From contig LWCA01000165.1 of the NCBI GenBank assembly GCA_001642005.1, positions 1 to 45,460 on the forward strand: DNA of 45,460 bases, read 5' to 3'. A program made the translations under genes and the position numbers. Of the stretch, positions 24,201-35,500 are shown one piece after another (positions within the stretch are counted from its first letter, which is position 1; each line of letters opens with the position of its first letter). Under the pieces are notes generated by a model that saw only the letters and a program-made list of their open reading frames with translations, was not told the origin of the DNA and searched no databases. Source of the stretch: Intoshia linei. Lineage: Eukaryota > Animalia > Orthonectida.

Positions 24201-24804
24201 AAAATTCTTGGACCCCTCCAACCTGGGTTAGCACCCCTTGGTGTTGCCGGCACCCGTGTTAAGAACCGATGCTATAAGTTGTTATCAACTTAAAACGGTG
24301 ATTGGGGAACGCTGGCTAATATTTACATTAGATTACATGGAATTATCCAATTTATACAATAATATCTAGGAAAGCTTAACATATTCATTATTTCATCATA
24401 AAATATCAATATCTTAAACCAGTGCTTCTAAACCGAAAACTCAACCGGATATCACGGAAAAAGGCTTTGACAGTGTTGTTCTCTTGGAGTTGATAATATT
24501 ATATAGCCACTGGCCCCGTGGACTCCACTGAATTTAATTGATAGTAAAGTATCATTGCATTACGTTTCATTTTTTCAGCAATGGCTTCTTCCACAATTTC
24601 ATTAAAAATTTTATCATCTTTTGGTTTTTCTGGTATTATTCCATGTTTCCTCAAAATATCATTCCATTCCGTATCTTCTCTATCTGGGTTCTATTTAATA
24701 TAAATTAAACATTCTCAATGGAATTCAACTTGATATCAATGTTTATGATACACTGTATGTATACAACGAAAATATTAAATATTTTAGACAAAACTTACTA
24801 GCAT
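18272..24804 (-). CDS. PDCL3: Phosducin-like protein PhLP2 (PDCL3/Viaf family), CCT co-chaperone; join(24804..24799, 24690..24564, 22867..22777, 21656..21513, 20550..20484, 18499..18272), 220 aa
   Basis: Spliced product ML-NPDREDTEWNDILRKHGIIP…YREQRMKE…YVSEINQAP…VVVHVYDD…KYPHVKF…IENYRKNNLPTLFFYKNG…SDSDYED. All five introns are GT-AG and phase-consistent. DTEWNDILR is diagnostic for the family. Confidence 0.93.
20640..21165 (+). mobile_element. Non-autonomous Helitron-like element with candidate 3' end
   Basis: Collinear with 44020-44530 and with reverse complement of 26831-27500 through AATCTACGCATT. Followed by GC-rich GTCAGGCAGCCTCAGG and CTAGTCTAG. No TIR or TSD. Confidence 0.55.
23369..24271. 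mobile_element. Older hAT MITE hosting nested insertions
   Basis: Degenerate ends CCTGGGGTTCTGAAAG and GTTAAGAACCGATG; flanks CTATAAGC and CTATAAGT (7/8). Confidence 0.5.
23735..24179 (+). mobile_element. Complete hAT-type MITE with internal 120-bp tandem repeat, 445 bp
   Basis: Ends CAGTGGTTTTC and GGGAACCACTG; flanks TTGTAAAG and CTGTAAAT (6/8). Repeat units start at ~23846, ~23966 and ~24085. Confidence 0.8.
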
Positions 24805-25424
24805 TTATTTAAAATAATTAAATTGATTTTTCACGTTAAATTTTCAAAATTGTAAAATTTACAGAATATATAAAACCAATTGCAAACAAATAACACCTAC
24901 TCTGATATTTGATATCCACTATTAAATAAGTTGCGTTGAAATTGTCTTCATCATCTCTATAACAATTTTTAATATTTTACATTTTTATCGCATTACGATT
25001 GTAAATTACTGATTCAGGTATTAAAAATTAGTCACATTAACGATTTTTCACATTTTAAATTTACACTTTTATTTTATAAGATAAATTTTTAAATAAAAAT
25101 TTGACCAAAATGCAAATTATATACTAAACATAATTGTTCAAGTATTACTACGGTGTTAATTATTCTTAAACAATTAGTATATATTTCATGTAGTAATTTA
25201 AAAAAATGAAAGACATTTGAAAATTAGTAGGTTTCAAGTTGAAACTTTCAACTAAAACTAAATTTACATAAAAAATAAAACTTAAAAGCGATAAATGATC
25301 ATTAATCAGTACAAACGTAAATTTATTAGAATTTAGAATTGAGTCAAAAAAATTAATTAGAATTGGAATCAATTGGGAATACGACAATAATTAATTTTAC
25401 AATTAATTGTAAATTATAAATAAA
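24805..25424. promoter_or_regulatory. Probable bidirectional promoter region between PDCL3 and NSUN2
   Basis: Divergent ATGs 620 bp apart, with no recognisable transposon between them. No specific motif identified. Confidence 0.55.
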
Positions 25425-28400
25425 ATGACAAAAAGACATAAAAGCACAAACTATAAAGAAATAGAAAAAGAAAATCATGATTTCGAAAAATATTATAAGG
25501 TTAAAAATATTCAAACACATTACACATGATGTGTGATTGAATGATATATTTATTCTCATACAAAAATACATAATGTATATAATTTTGCAATTTTACAATT
25601 TAGTTACAAAAAATATTTGATAACGACAATGAATATGAAAAAATGATGAAAGCTTATAAAAATCCACTCAAAATAACATTTAGCATTAGTAATACTAAGA
25701 TTGGGAAAGGATTTGAAAACTACATGAATAAATGTGAATTTAAACAAAAATATCAACTTTCGGATGGTATATTAAAGAAAATTGATTACCTTGATTCAAC
25801 TTATCAATTGAATTGTGAAAAAAAAGATTTACGAAAATCTGTACAATTAAATGATTTCTTCAAACTAATTACCTCTGGAAATGAAATGGTTTCTTTATAG
25901 TTTTTTATCTTATCAACTTTTATTAGGGGATTTTAACAAGACAAGAAATTGCCAGCATGATCCCTGTGTATTATATGGATATTCAGAAGGGAGATTCTGT
26001 AATTATTTTCATTTTTATATTTATTTTGGATTGATTTTAGGTTCTAGAACTTTGTGCTGCCCCAGGATCAAAATCTGTTCAAATTTCTAATAAACTCAAC
26101 TCTACGGGTGGAGGATTTTTGGTAGCTAATGATATCGATCAGAAAAGATGTTATACTTTGGTTCATCGATTGAAATCGCAAAATAAACCAAACATTATTA
26201 TTTTATGTGGGGTAATTTTAATTGTTTTAATGGTATATGTATTGTAATAGCCTCTTTGTTAGTTTACCACATTTATGGATAAAATTATTTTTATAGGATG
26301 CTAGGAGTACCGTTTATCCTGTAAACTTTGATAAAGTTTTGTGCGATGTTCCGTGTTGTGGAGATGGAACACTACGAAAAAATTTAAAAATTTGGAAAAA
26401 CTGGCAAGTGAATCAATGTATATCCTTGTCTAGTACACAATGTGATATACTTAGGAATGGTTGTGTTCATGCTAAAATTGGTGGTAGAATTGTTTATTCT
26501 ACGTGCTCCATGAATCCCTTAGAAAATGAATCTGTTGTTAAAAGAGTTATTGATGAATCCAAAGGTAATATTTAATTTACATGTTAATAAAAACTTTAAA
26601 TTATTGCATCAATATTTGTGAATGTAACAATAATTTTTGGCTTTACCTTTTCCAGTTTTTCATAAAATTACTCTAATTACACTGATATGCAAATCGAAGC
26701 TATTTATTTTAATTAATATTTAGAGTACAAATTTTTTTTATTTTTTTAGATGAATAACATTTTAATTTTTAATTTGACATATTGTTGATCCAAACATTTG
26801 AAAAATATATTAAAAGTTATTTTTCACTATGAATGCGTAGATTTCTGGAGTTGACATTTTGTATTTCTATATTGGAATATCTATATATAAACTGGAATAA
26901 TAATATCAGAATAATCTTTTTTTTTAAGTGTTGAACCGTTAATTATATAAAATATTTTCAAAATAAAAAAAAAATTATTATTAAATTGTTTTTGTGACCA
27001 TGAAGTCGTCACTTTATCAGGTTGAAAATTTTTGTGTCTGTTAACTGGATATAACTGTATCAATTTTTAAATTTTTTTAAACGATAGGACTATTTTTATT
27101 TAAAAAAAAAGGGTAATTTGGGATTTTCATCGTGAAAATTAACTTTTTTGGTTTGTGATTTATGATATATGCTTATGATTTTAAAAACTATGCCAGAATT
27201 TATGTTTTATAAAATTTTAGGACATATTTCATTTTTAAAACAAACAGTAATTTGAGGTTTTGACTATGAAGGTGTGCGTTTCTGAGACTGAAATTTATTG
27301 CAATGTTAATAATTTTACAACGCTTCCAATAATTTACGTTTTATAATAATTTTATTTGTTTCTAAACAAAAACAATTTTATTTTTAAACAAAAAAGCAAT
27401 TGTGTTTTTGACTTTGAAGGACTAAAATTTGGAATGCTAGTAAAACAGTATTAGAAATTGGGTTTTTTAAATTCTACAACTAACAATTTTTTATACGGTA
27501 ACAACGGACATTCAATTTTAATTAAGTAAAATATACAGTAATAGTACCATTAAAAAACTATCAAAATAATTGGAAAACATAACCATTTTCATAAATGATC
27601 TATAACAGGGGTATCAATTATGCGGCCCCCAATTATGGAATATGCGGCCCGCGTTATAATATAAATTTATTTTTTATAACAATTTTTTACACATATTTCT
27701 TATTTTACAGTTTTTTCATATATTTTTCATGATTTATTTATTCATTATTACAATTTTAACATTATTTTTACACTTATTCCATTTTTATTATTTCATATTT
27801 CATTTTATGAATTAAAATTATTATAAATTAATTAAATCTGTTAGTTTTAACATAATTTTTTTTAACATTTGGTCCCCAAGCAAATTGAATCTGACACACC
27901 TGATCCATAAAGATTAACTTTAAATGACGCGTCATTTTTTGAACTAAAATGGAAAATATTGTCGCACTAAATTAAATGGAGCTTATTTTCCATATACATT
28001 TACATGTATGCCTTTTATACATTTCATAAAATAGTACTAAATGGAAAAGCCCTTATCTATTGTAGTATATTCTTTAATTGGAAAACAAAGACATGTCTCA
28101 ATATTGAAAAACTTGGAGATTTACGTTTTTATCTTACAAATCTTTAAAATTTAAGATTATTATCTATATTACCCACAAAAATTGGCATTTATATAGTGCG
28201 ACCATATTTAATTCGTACTATTTTTTGTTATTAGTAACCATAATAGCATTTCAATAAATGATGATAAATTTATAAAGAACATTATATGAAAATTATATAT
28301 TTAATTATAATTATATTATAATATACAGTGGTTTCTGTACAATATGAATGTCAAGAGACCGGATATTTAGAATATTCATAATAGAGTTGGTTGTACAATA

Positions 28401-31192
28401 TGAATATGAATTAAGAATCAAGTGAATATTAACACAAATGTATAAGTATTTATTTTTGCAATGGAAAATAGTTTCTAATTTTGTTGCTATTTTCAATTTT
28501 TTCTAGTAAAAGATCTGGTTTCATCACAGTTAAATGTTATCATTTCGATATTTGTCTACAGCTTCAGAAAATAATTCTTTTATTTTAGACTCGCTTACTA
28601 ATTTTGATTCTTCTATAATTTTTTTTGATTTAATTAAATCTCTGATTAAAAAAAAGAATTTAAACAACCCGTAGAGGTTTTAAAATCGTTTAAATTCAAA
28701 AGACTGGCAATTTTCAGCGCCATTTCTTTTAATATATTGCCACTTATACTTATATTTAATGTCTGTTGACGTTGAAACCACTGATTCAATTTTCATTGAT
28801 TTCCTTAGGCAAGGTTGTCTCTTCTGATTCAAATTTAAATTATTACAATTAAGGATTTCTTCACGATTTTTTAACTACTTATTTATCAAACCTACTAAAA
28901 TGGAGTGTTTTGTGGCTAAATATTTTTGAGATCGATTTGAATATTCGTCAAAAAGTTTAATCAATTTTATTTTATTTTATCATTTATCGAAAAATCTTTT
29001 TCTTTTCAAATTCAAATTCATAATGAATGGTTACTTTTCTGAAGTTTATAAGTCACGTGATAGAAAATTAATACAAATTTATGTTTATTTACACAAATTC
29101 ATATTCACAGTTCATATTGAATGAAATTCATATTAAAAATTTTTTCTCATAATAAATACTATACAAATCTAACTTTTATTTTAATGAAATTCATATAATA
29201 TTCATGAATAACATATAAGCGTGAATTCATATTGAACAGAAACCACTGTATAATAAGTATAGAATATATCATATTATTAATAAATAATTGTTGATATTTG
29301 ATTATATTTCTACCTAGACACGATTTTAATACATAATCTATTTATTTATGAAACATGTCGACACAAGTTTTTTTTATCTTAATCAAATTTTATAATACTT
29401 AGGCATTTATCACATTCTACATGATCATTGTCCTTTTTTTTAACATTAAATTTAGTAATCCAGTTTTCATTAAAATTATATCGATTTTTTGGCATTGTCG
29501 ATTCAAAATATGAAAAATGTTATTGTTATTTGTCACGTTTTAATTAGTACGAAATCATATTATTTTCATTTCGTACTTTTTGTATAAATTCGTACTTATG
29601 GTCGCACTAATTTATAGAACAATTTGATAGATTGTTTTTAAAATTTAAAAAAAATGTCATGAAAATAATAAAAAAATATTTTGTAATAACCAATTATTTT
29701 ATTTTATTTGCGGCCTACCTTTTGGGAAACGTTGGCTTAGACTCTAAGCCTTAGACTACCCCTGAAATACACTATATATAGACTGGGGACCATTGATGTC
29801 GAATTAACACATGAAATGACACGATTAAATTGCATACCTACAATTTAAGACATCCATACAGTATTCAAATTTAAATTCGTTTTTGTCATTATGTTAATTT
29901 AGGTTCTTTAAAAATAATTTCCTATGCACCACTTAAAGGTTTTATATCAAGACCAGGATTAACAAATTGGAAGGTTTTTATTTTTAATACACAATTTATA
30001 ATAAATATATTATGCAAAAAAGTAAGTCCCTTTAAGTTTTACCCTTTCATAAATTTAATATAAAAATTTCCTATATAATAAAAATCTCCCTGTATGTAAA
30101 TTAATCTTGAATTTAAATGTATAGGTGTTTGATAAAAATTTTGTGCAAAAACAGAAATCAGAAACAAATTTCTTTGATAATTTGGATCCATCTACTCAAG
30201 ACATTGGTTTAGAAAAATGGTACTTTTATTCCCATTTTATATTAAATTTTAAAGTAAAATGGTTGAGTTATTATAATATTTTTTTATTTTCAATATATTT
30301 ATTTTTTATGTCCTTGATCGGAATTTTTCTTTTAAAAAGTAAACATTAAATGTAACTTGTACTTTATTTATTTATTACTTGTAGTGTTCGTATTTATCCA
30401 CACGACCAGGACACTGGAGGTTTCTTTTTAGTTGTAATTGAAAAAGTAGCAGAAGTTCCATGGATTCCAAAAGACAAACGGAGGTATGCATTCTATTTTT
30501 TAATTTGCAGTAATTTCCAACAGTATAAAAAAGGACAAACGTCTTCCAAAAATAAACAGAGAAGATCCATTCATTTACATGACACCAGACTGGCGTCAAG
30601 ATTGGGAAAATGTCAACAAGTATTTCAACTTTATGACTCAAATTGAATCTGATAATATATTTGCACGTTCTCTGCCTCCACAATCAGCACATATAACTTC
30701 AAAAGAAATTAGAAAATTTTTTGATGCATTTAAAGATAAAAGACAAATAAAATCTATGGGAACTGTAGTATGGAGAAAAATAAAACTTGACCCATATTTC
30801 CGATTTGTCACGCCATCTTTAGAATTTATGGAACCTGAAATCAATGTGAAAAACCATACAATGGCATTTCATGGAAATGATTTATTTATGCGTTTAATGG
30901 AAAAAGAATATGTTGAATGTAGTGAAATTACAAATACTGGTGTGTTGTGCTTTGAAGGAAAAGGTAATACATTTATTTTTAATTATTTTATTCAATTTAT
31001 TTAGCTCCCGGTCCATACATTTTTAAATTCAAAATTCCTAAAATAGACACAGAAATGTATTTTTCTGCGTGGATTGGGGCTACATCAGTAGGACTTTTTG
31101 TAAATAAAGATATTCGAACGTTTTTGATAAATCTATTGGATATTAAAATAAACGAAATACCATCAGACAACCAACGATGTCTACCTCATTGA
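25425..31192 (+). CDS. NSUN2: tRNA (cytosine-5) methyltransferase NSUN2/Trm4; join(25425..25499, 25604..25888, 25927..25998, 26041..26211, 26297..26564, 29903..29973, 30125..30219, 30385..30483, 30524..30963, 31005..31192), 587 aa
   Basis: KENHDFEKYYK, TRQEIASMIP, VLELCAAPGSKS, ANDIDQKRCYTLVH, catalytic DVPCCGDGTLRKN and YSTCSMNPLENE, RIYPHDQDTGGFF, REDPF, AWIG. All nine introns GT-AG with consistent phase. Confidence 0.95.
26831..27540 (-). mobile_element. Helitron-like family copy in NSUN2 intron 5
   Basis: Starts AATGCGTAGATTT (reverse complement of the family 3' core) and stays collinear with the 20640 and 43924 copies. Confidence 0.6.
27606..27902. mobile_element. hAT Charlie/Buster-type MITE, 297 bp
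   Basis: Ends CAGGGGTATCAATT and ATCTGACACACCTG; subterminal TGCGGCCC twice; TSD ATCTATAA and ATCCATAA (7/8). Confidence 0.85.
28326..29248 (-). mobile_element. Internally deleted pogo/Tigger (Tc1/mariner superfamily) transposon, 923 bp
   Basis: 24-bp TIRs CAGTGGTTTCTGT(A/T)CAATATGAAT (23/24) with TA TSD. Minus strand carries a broken CENP-B-type HTH (QWFQRQQTLNISISGNILKEMALKIASLLNLNDFKTSTGCLNSF) and FNCDET (first catalytic Asp). Confidence 0.93.
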
Positions 31193-31252
31193 ATAATACA
31201 GATTCTATAAAATAAATTTTTAATTAATTTATTATAATACAATATTTACACT

Positions 31253-32162
31253 TTATAGCGGTCTAAGAATAAATGTGTATACAGGGTACAAGTTTTTGGG
31301 AAAATTTAACTGTTTTTCATATTTAACCAGATGAAGATTAGCTTTTTCGAAAAATTTTTTAAATAAGGTAATGGATCTGGTTAAACAGCCATCTGTTTTA
31401 TCGTAATTATCCGTTAATTCAACTTCATTGCAGTATGATATTGTGTCCATTTCATTGTCACCATTTAAAACATTTTCCTTTACAAATATGTACCCTCCCG
31501 GTTGAATTGCTTCTTTACAACGTTGCTAAATGCAGCATTGTAATTATTTAAACTCTATTAGATTTAATTTAAAGTTTACCAAAAATTGTATTAGGTCTTG
31601 GTTCGTTAGATAGCTCAAAATCCACTGACACCAAATGACATTGTAATAATCAATTTGTGGGTGAAAATTGACTAGAGACGAACAAAACGTGTTTCCAAAT
31701 TTAACATTGCTAGATAGTTCGCTTTTAGCCTGGTTTAAAAATTTTTCTGAAATATCCACCAAATCGACCTTTTTAAAATAATTGATCAATAAATTTTTAG
31801 TTATTCTGCCTATTCCTGATCCAACGTCCAAAGCTCTGTTGCATTTTATTTTTTTATTCTAAACTATAGTCTAATTTTGAAACAAAAATTTAATCTAATT
31901 ATTCCAAATGTAGTGTTCCATATGTGAACAAGGAGATGGCATGGGACGAATGTTTGTTAAAAATGAGAATATTTGATTCAAGTTAGAACTACACGCAATT
32001 ATAAAATAATACCCTGATAAATTGATCCAGAATTTCTTTGGATTGGAGTATGTCGTTTTCAGAAATGTAGTCTATACCTCCCAACATTGTAGATACATCT
32101 GCTGTGTTATTCATCCAGTAATTTGCACTATTTTTATAAAATTCTGTATTTTTTATTGACAT
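31253..32162 (-). CDS. NTMT1: Alpha-N-terminal protein methyltransferase (NTMT1/METTL11A/Tae1); join(32162..32013, 31858..31580, 31525..31253), 233 aa
   Basis: FYKNSANYW…MLGG, RALDVGSGIGRITKNLL, YNVIWCQW, FLQRCKEAIQPGGYIFVKEN, D.TDGCLTR, FPKNLYPVYTFILRP. Two phase-0 GT-AG introns. Confidence 0.94.
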
Positions 32163-32509
32163 TTTGTACTATTTAATTGTTTCTATAATTATACGATTTA
32201 AATCCCATTATCGACCTCAAATATATGAATATATCTCTTTTAAGTCGAGGTTCATAAAAACCCAATTAACACTTAAATACACCATGCCGTTATTATGATC
32301 CGGTTTCTACACACAAATATTTACGAATGAGTTTGGTAATTTAGCTAAATAATAATATTATTGAGATAATAATAAATTAAACTCAAAACAATATCAAAAT
32401 TTCTAAACTGGTAAGTACGTTTAAATATACAACGTTGCAATGAAAAAATTTTATTGAGAAGATACACCATAATAAGAATATACAGGATATATACAAGGTA
32501 GGGAAATTT

Positions 32510-35500
32510 TCAATTGGTATTAATTTGTTGGTTGTTTGGTTTAATTGAAACATTTTCTTCGTAAATGTCCTCCAATTCTTGGTTCGATAAATTGACCGTT
32601 TCTCTAGCTATAGAATTACGGTTAAAATATGGAACAGAGGGATCAAAATCTAAACACATGGAAGAGACAATTTTGTGTACATTGAAAAAATATGGTCTGA
32701 GATTAGCATCTGTTGTCCAACATTGAAGCATAAGTTGGTATATCATATTTGAGCAGTAGTTTGGTTTTTGTAAATATTTGGCATTTCCGTCATTAAGATA
32801 TACATGATTGCAATTTTCAATAATTTCCTGATCTGTCATATTTTGGTGCGGTATAGAGATACAAAAGGACATAATTTCCCAAAGAAGAACTCCGAATGAC
32901 CAAATATCACTTTTGCTTGAGTAAGTAGCCTATAAACAATTAATATATACATTATAAGAATGATTACTGTTAAAACGCTCTCCCAGGGCATCCATCGGAT
33001 AGGTAAAAGAGCTTTTGATCCTTCAGTTTCATAGTAAGGGTTAAAGATATCGGATTGAGTAAATACGTTATTGTTTTCAGTGGAATTACTTTTTCCAGTG
33101 GTTTCGGAATTTTCATATTTTATTTCATCAAAGTTAATTCCAGGTGAAAACATGTAACAAAGACCGAAATCTGCAATTTTTACAGAATATCGTTCCCCAA
33201 CTAAGCAGTTTCTAGCAGATAGATCTCTGTGAACAACACCTTGTTCTTCCAGAAAAGTCATACCTGAGGCAACCTGAGAAGCCATGTACAAAAGACATTT
33301 TTCGCTAAACAAAACATTTAAATTTAATTTATTAAAAATGTACCTTAGAGTTGTGGCTAAACTAATATTTTGCTTTTCAGAAAAACAGCTTATTTTTTGA
33401 CATCTGCGAAGGTAACTACCCAAATCCCCATTTGACATAAATTCCATTATTAAAAGTTTTTCAATTTGATTGTCAAGCTGATTGATACATTCACTGACAC
33501 CCAGCAATTTTATTAAATGAGGATGGTTAAGTTGTGACATAATTTTTTCTTCTCGTAAAAAGTTGTTTCTAAAAACATGATTTATAAGAACAAAGTGAAA
33601 TTTACAATTGTGATTTTGTTTGGTTAATTTTAAATACTTTAGCCAAGACATTAATTGAACATGGCAATTGGTTAGCTTGACTGGCAGTTTTTGGTGAGCA
33701 ATTTTTCTTTAAATTTTCAATTGGTAAATTGTATATTCGAATCTATTCAGTAAATGATCAAGTTGTAAATTCAACAATTCAATATTAATCAAGTTATAAA
33801 ATGGCTTATAAAAATAAGCACCAGAAAAGGGGCGTATGGACATTGCCATCTACGAAAAATTGAAATTATATCAGGGTCATCGGTTGACGACTAAAAAATC
33901 TTGGAAACAAGAACTATTAATTTATAATTAAACAGCTTAAATAATTTAAAGAAAAAGTTTTTTCAAACTTTTTGTGTTGTGACCGATTATGAACATAAAA
34001 ATTTTTCTATATACATTATATCAATATTTCAAATAGCTAAAACAAATTCTAAATTGGAAGATAAAATGTAAATATACTCATAAAATTTTCAAATTTTCGC
34101 GACCCCCCCCCCATTGAAACACACTAATTTAAAGCATACAAAAATTGAATAGTAAAAACTGGATTGGTAACGAAAATTTGACTAATTAATTATGAAAAAT
34201 TTACCTCTCCATACCTTCCTATTCCAAGAATTTTAATAAAATTTAATACTTCATAAGGAAATTGTAAAAGAAGAGCAGTGTCAGATACTGAAGGATATAG
34301 TTTATTCAGTTGGTATATATTATTCCCAATATTTCCATTTTCAAAATCTAATTGATGACGAGAAAACGTGGTTTTGTAGGTTTTTACAGAATCTCTAAAT
34401 CGTGTTGGAAAATAAGGTGTATATTTATTTTGAGGAACTTGAGAAACATTCAAAACTGTTGAAGTATTATAAGATGGTTTTTCATAATTGTTGTCAACAT
34501 ATTTATTAAACCCACTAGTGGAATTTGTATTATACAAAAGTCCTTTATCAACTCCAGAATCATTTTCATCAATTTGAATGGGTAAGGTAGGCAGTCTTCT
34601 ATCCAAAAATAAATCTGGTTTATGACAAATTGGTGGTAAATAACAATTGGTATCAATTGGTTTCTTGTCAGAAGAATACCGAACTCCATAAATATCCGCT
34701 ACGGATGGGGTGGAACTAGATTTTTTAGTCAAACGACAAGTACAATTTTTATTTTTTTTGTAATATATAATTCCCAAAAACGCCAATATTAAAAACATGC
34801 CACTAAATGCACCAACACAAGAAATTACAGTTATATTTAAAACTTCATTTGTTTTGTAGGTTGAAGACTTGTCAGTATTGGTATTTGGCTTAAAATTATT
34901 TAAATTTCCGTACATTTCATTCTGATATCGTTTAAATTCTCTAGGATAAGGTTTCATGTTGAAATTTTCATATCTATTATAAAAATCTTGTTGTTCGGGA
35001 TCAATAATATCACTTTGGTGGGAAATCTGACCAAATTTGTCTATATATTTGTGATCATATTGAATATACATTTCAGTAATAACGATAAATTCGCCGGGTT
35101 CGGCGAAATATAAATAAAATTTTAGGTATTCATGAAATTCAAGAGAAGATTCGAGACTTAGACACAGTATAGGCGGACTAGATTGGCGTTTATAAGGTTT
35201 AAATCTATCGTAATCAATTGGAAATAATTTAGACTTAGTATCATTTTCGCTTTTAAATTTAGAGTTTTTGTATTGCCTATAGGACTTGTTATCATCGGAA
35301 AACAACAAAGAATACTCATTGAAATTGGCAGATGTTTTGTTGCTTTCAAACATTACAAAACAAATTGAATTAATTGCATAAACGGACCGATCTATTCGCA
35401 CAGTAATGTCGACAAAATTAATAACCTCTTGAGTCCATCCTACCCAAATCGAATTTGCGTTATTATTTTTAGTCATTCTTAAAACACCATCTGTCAATTT

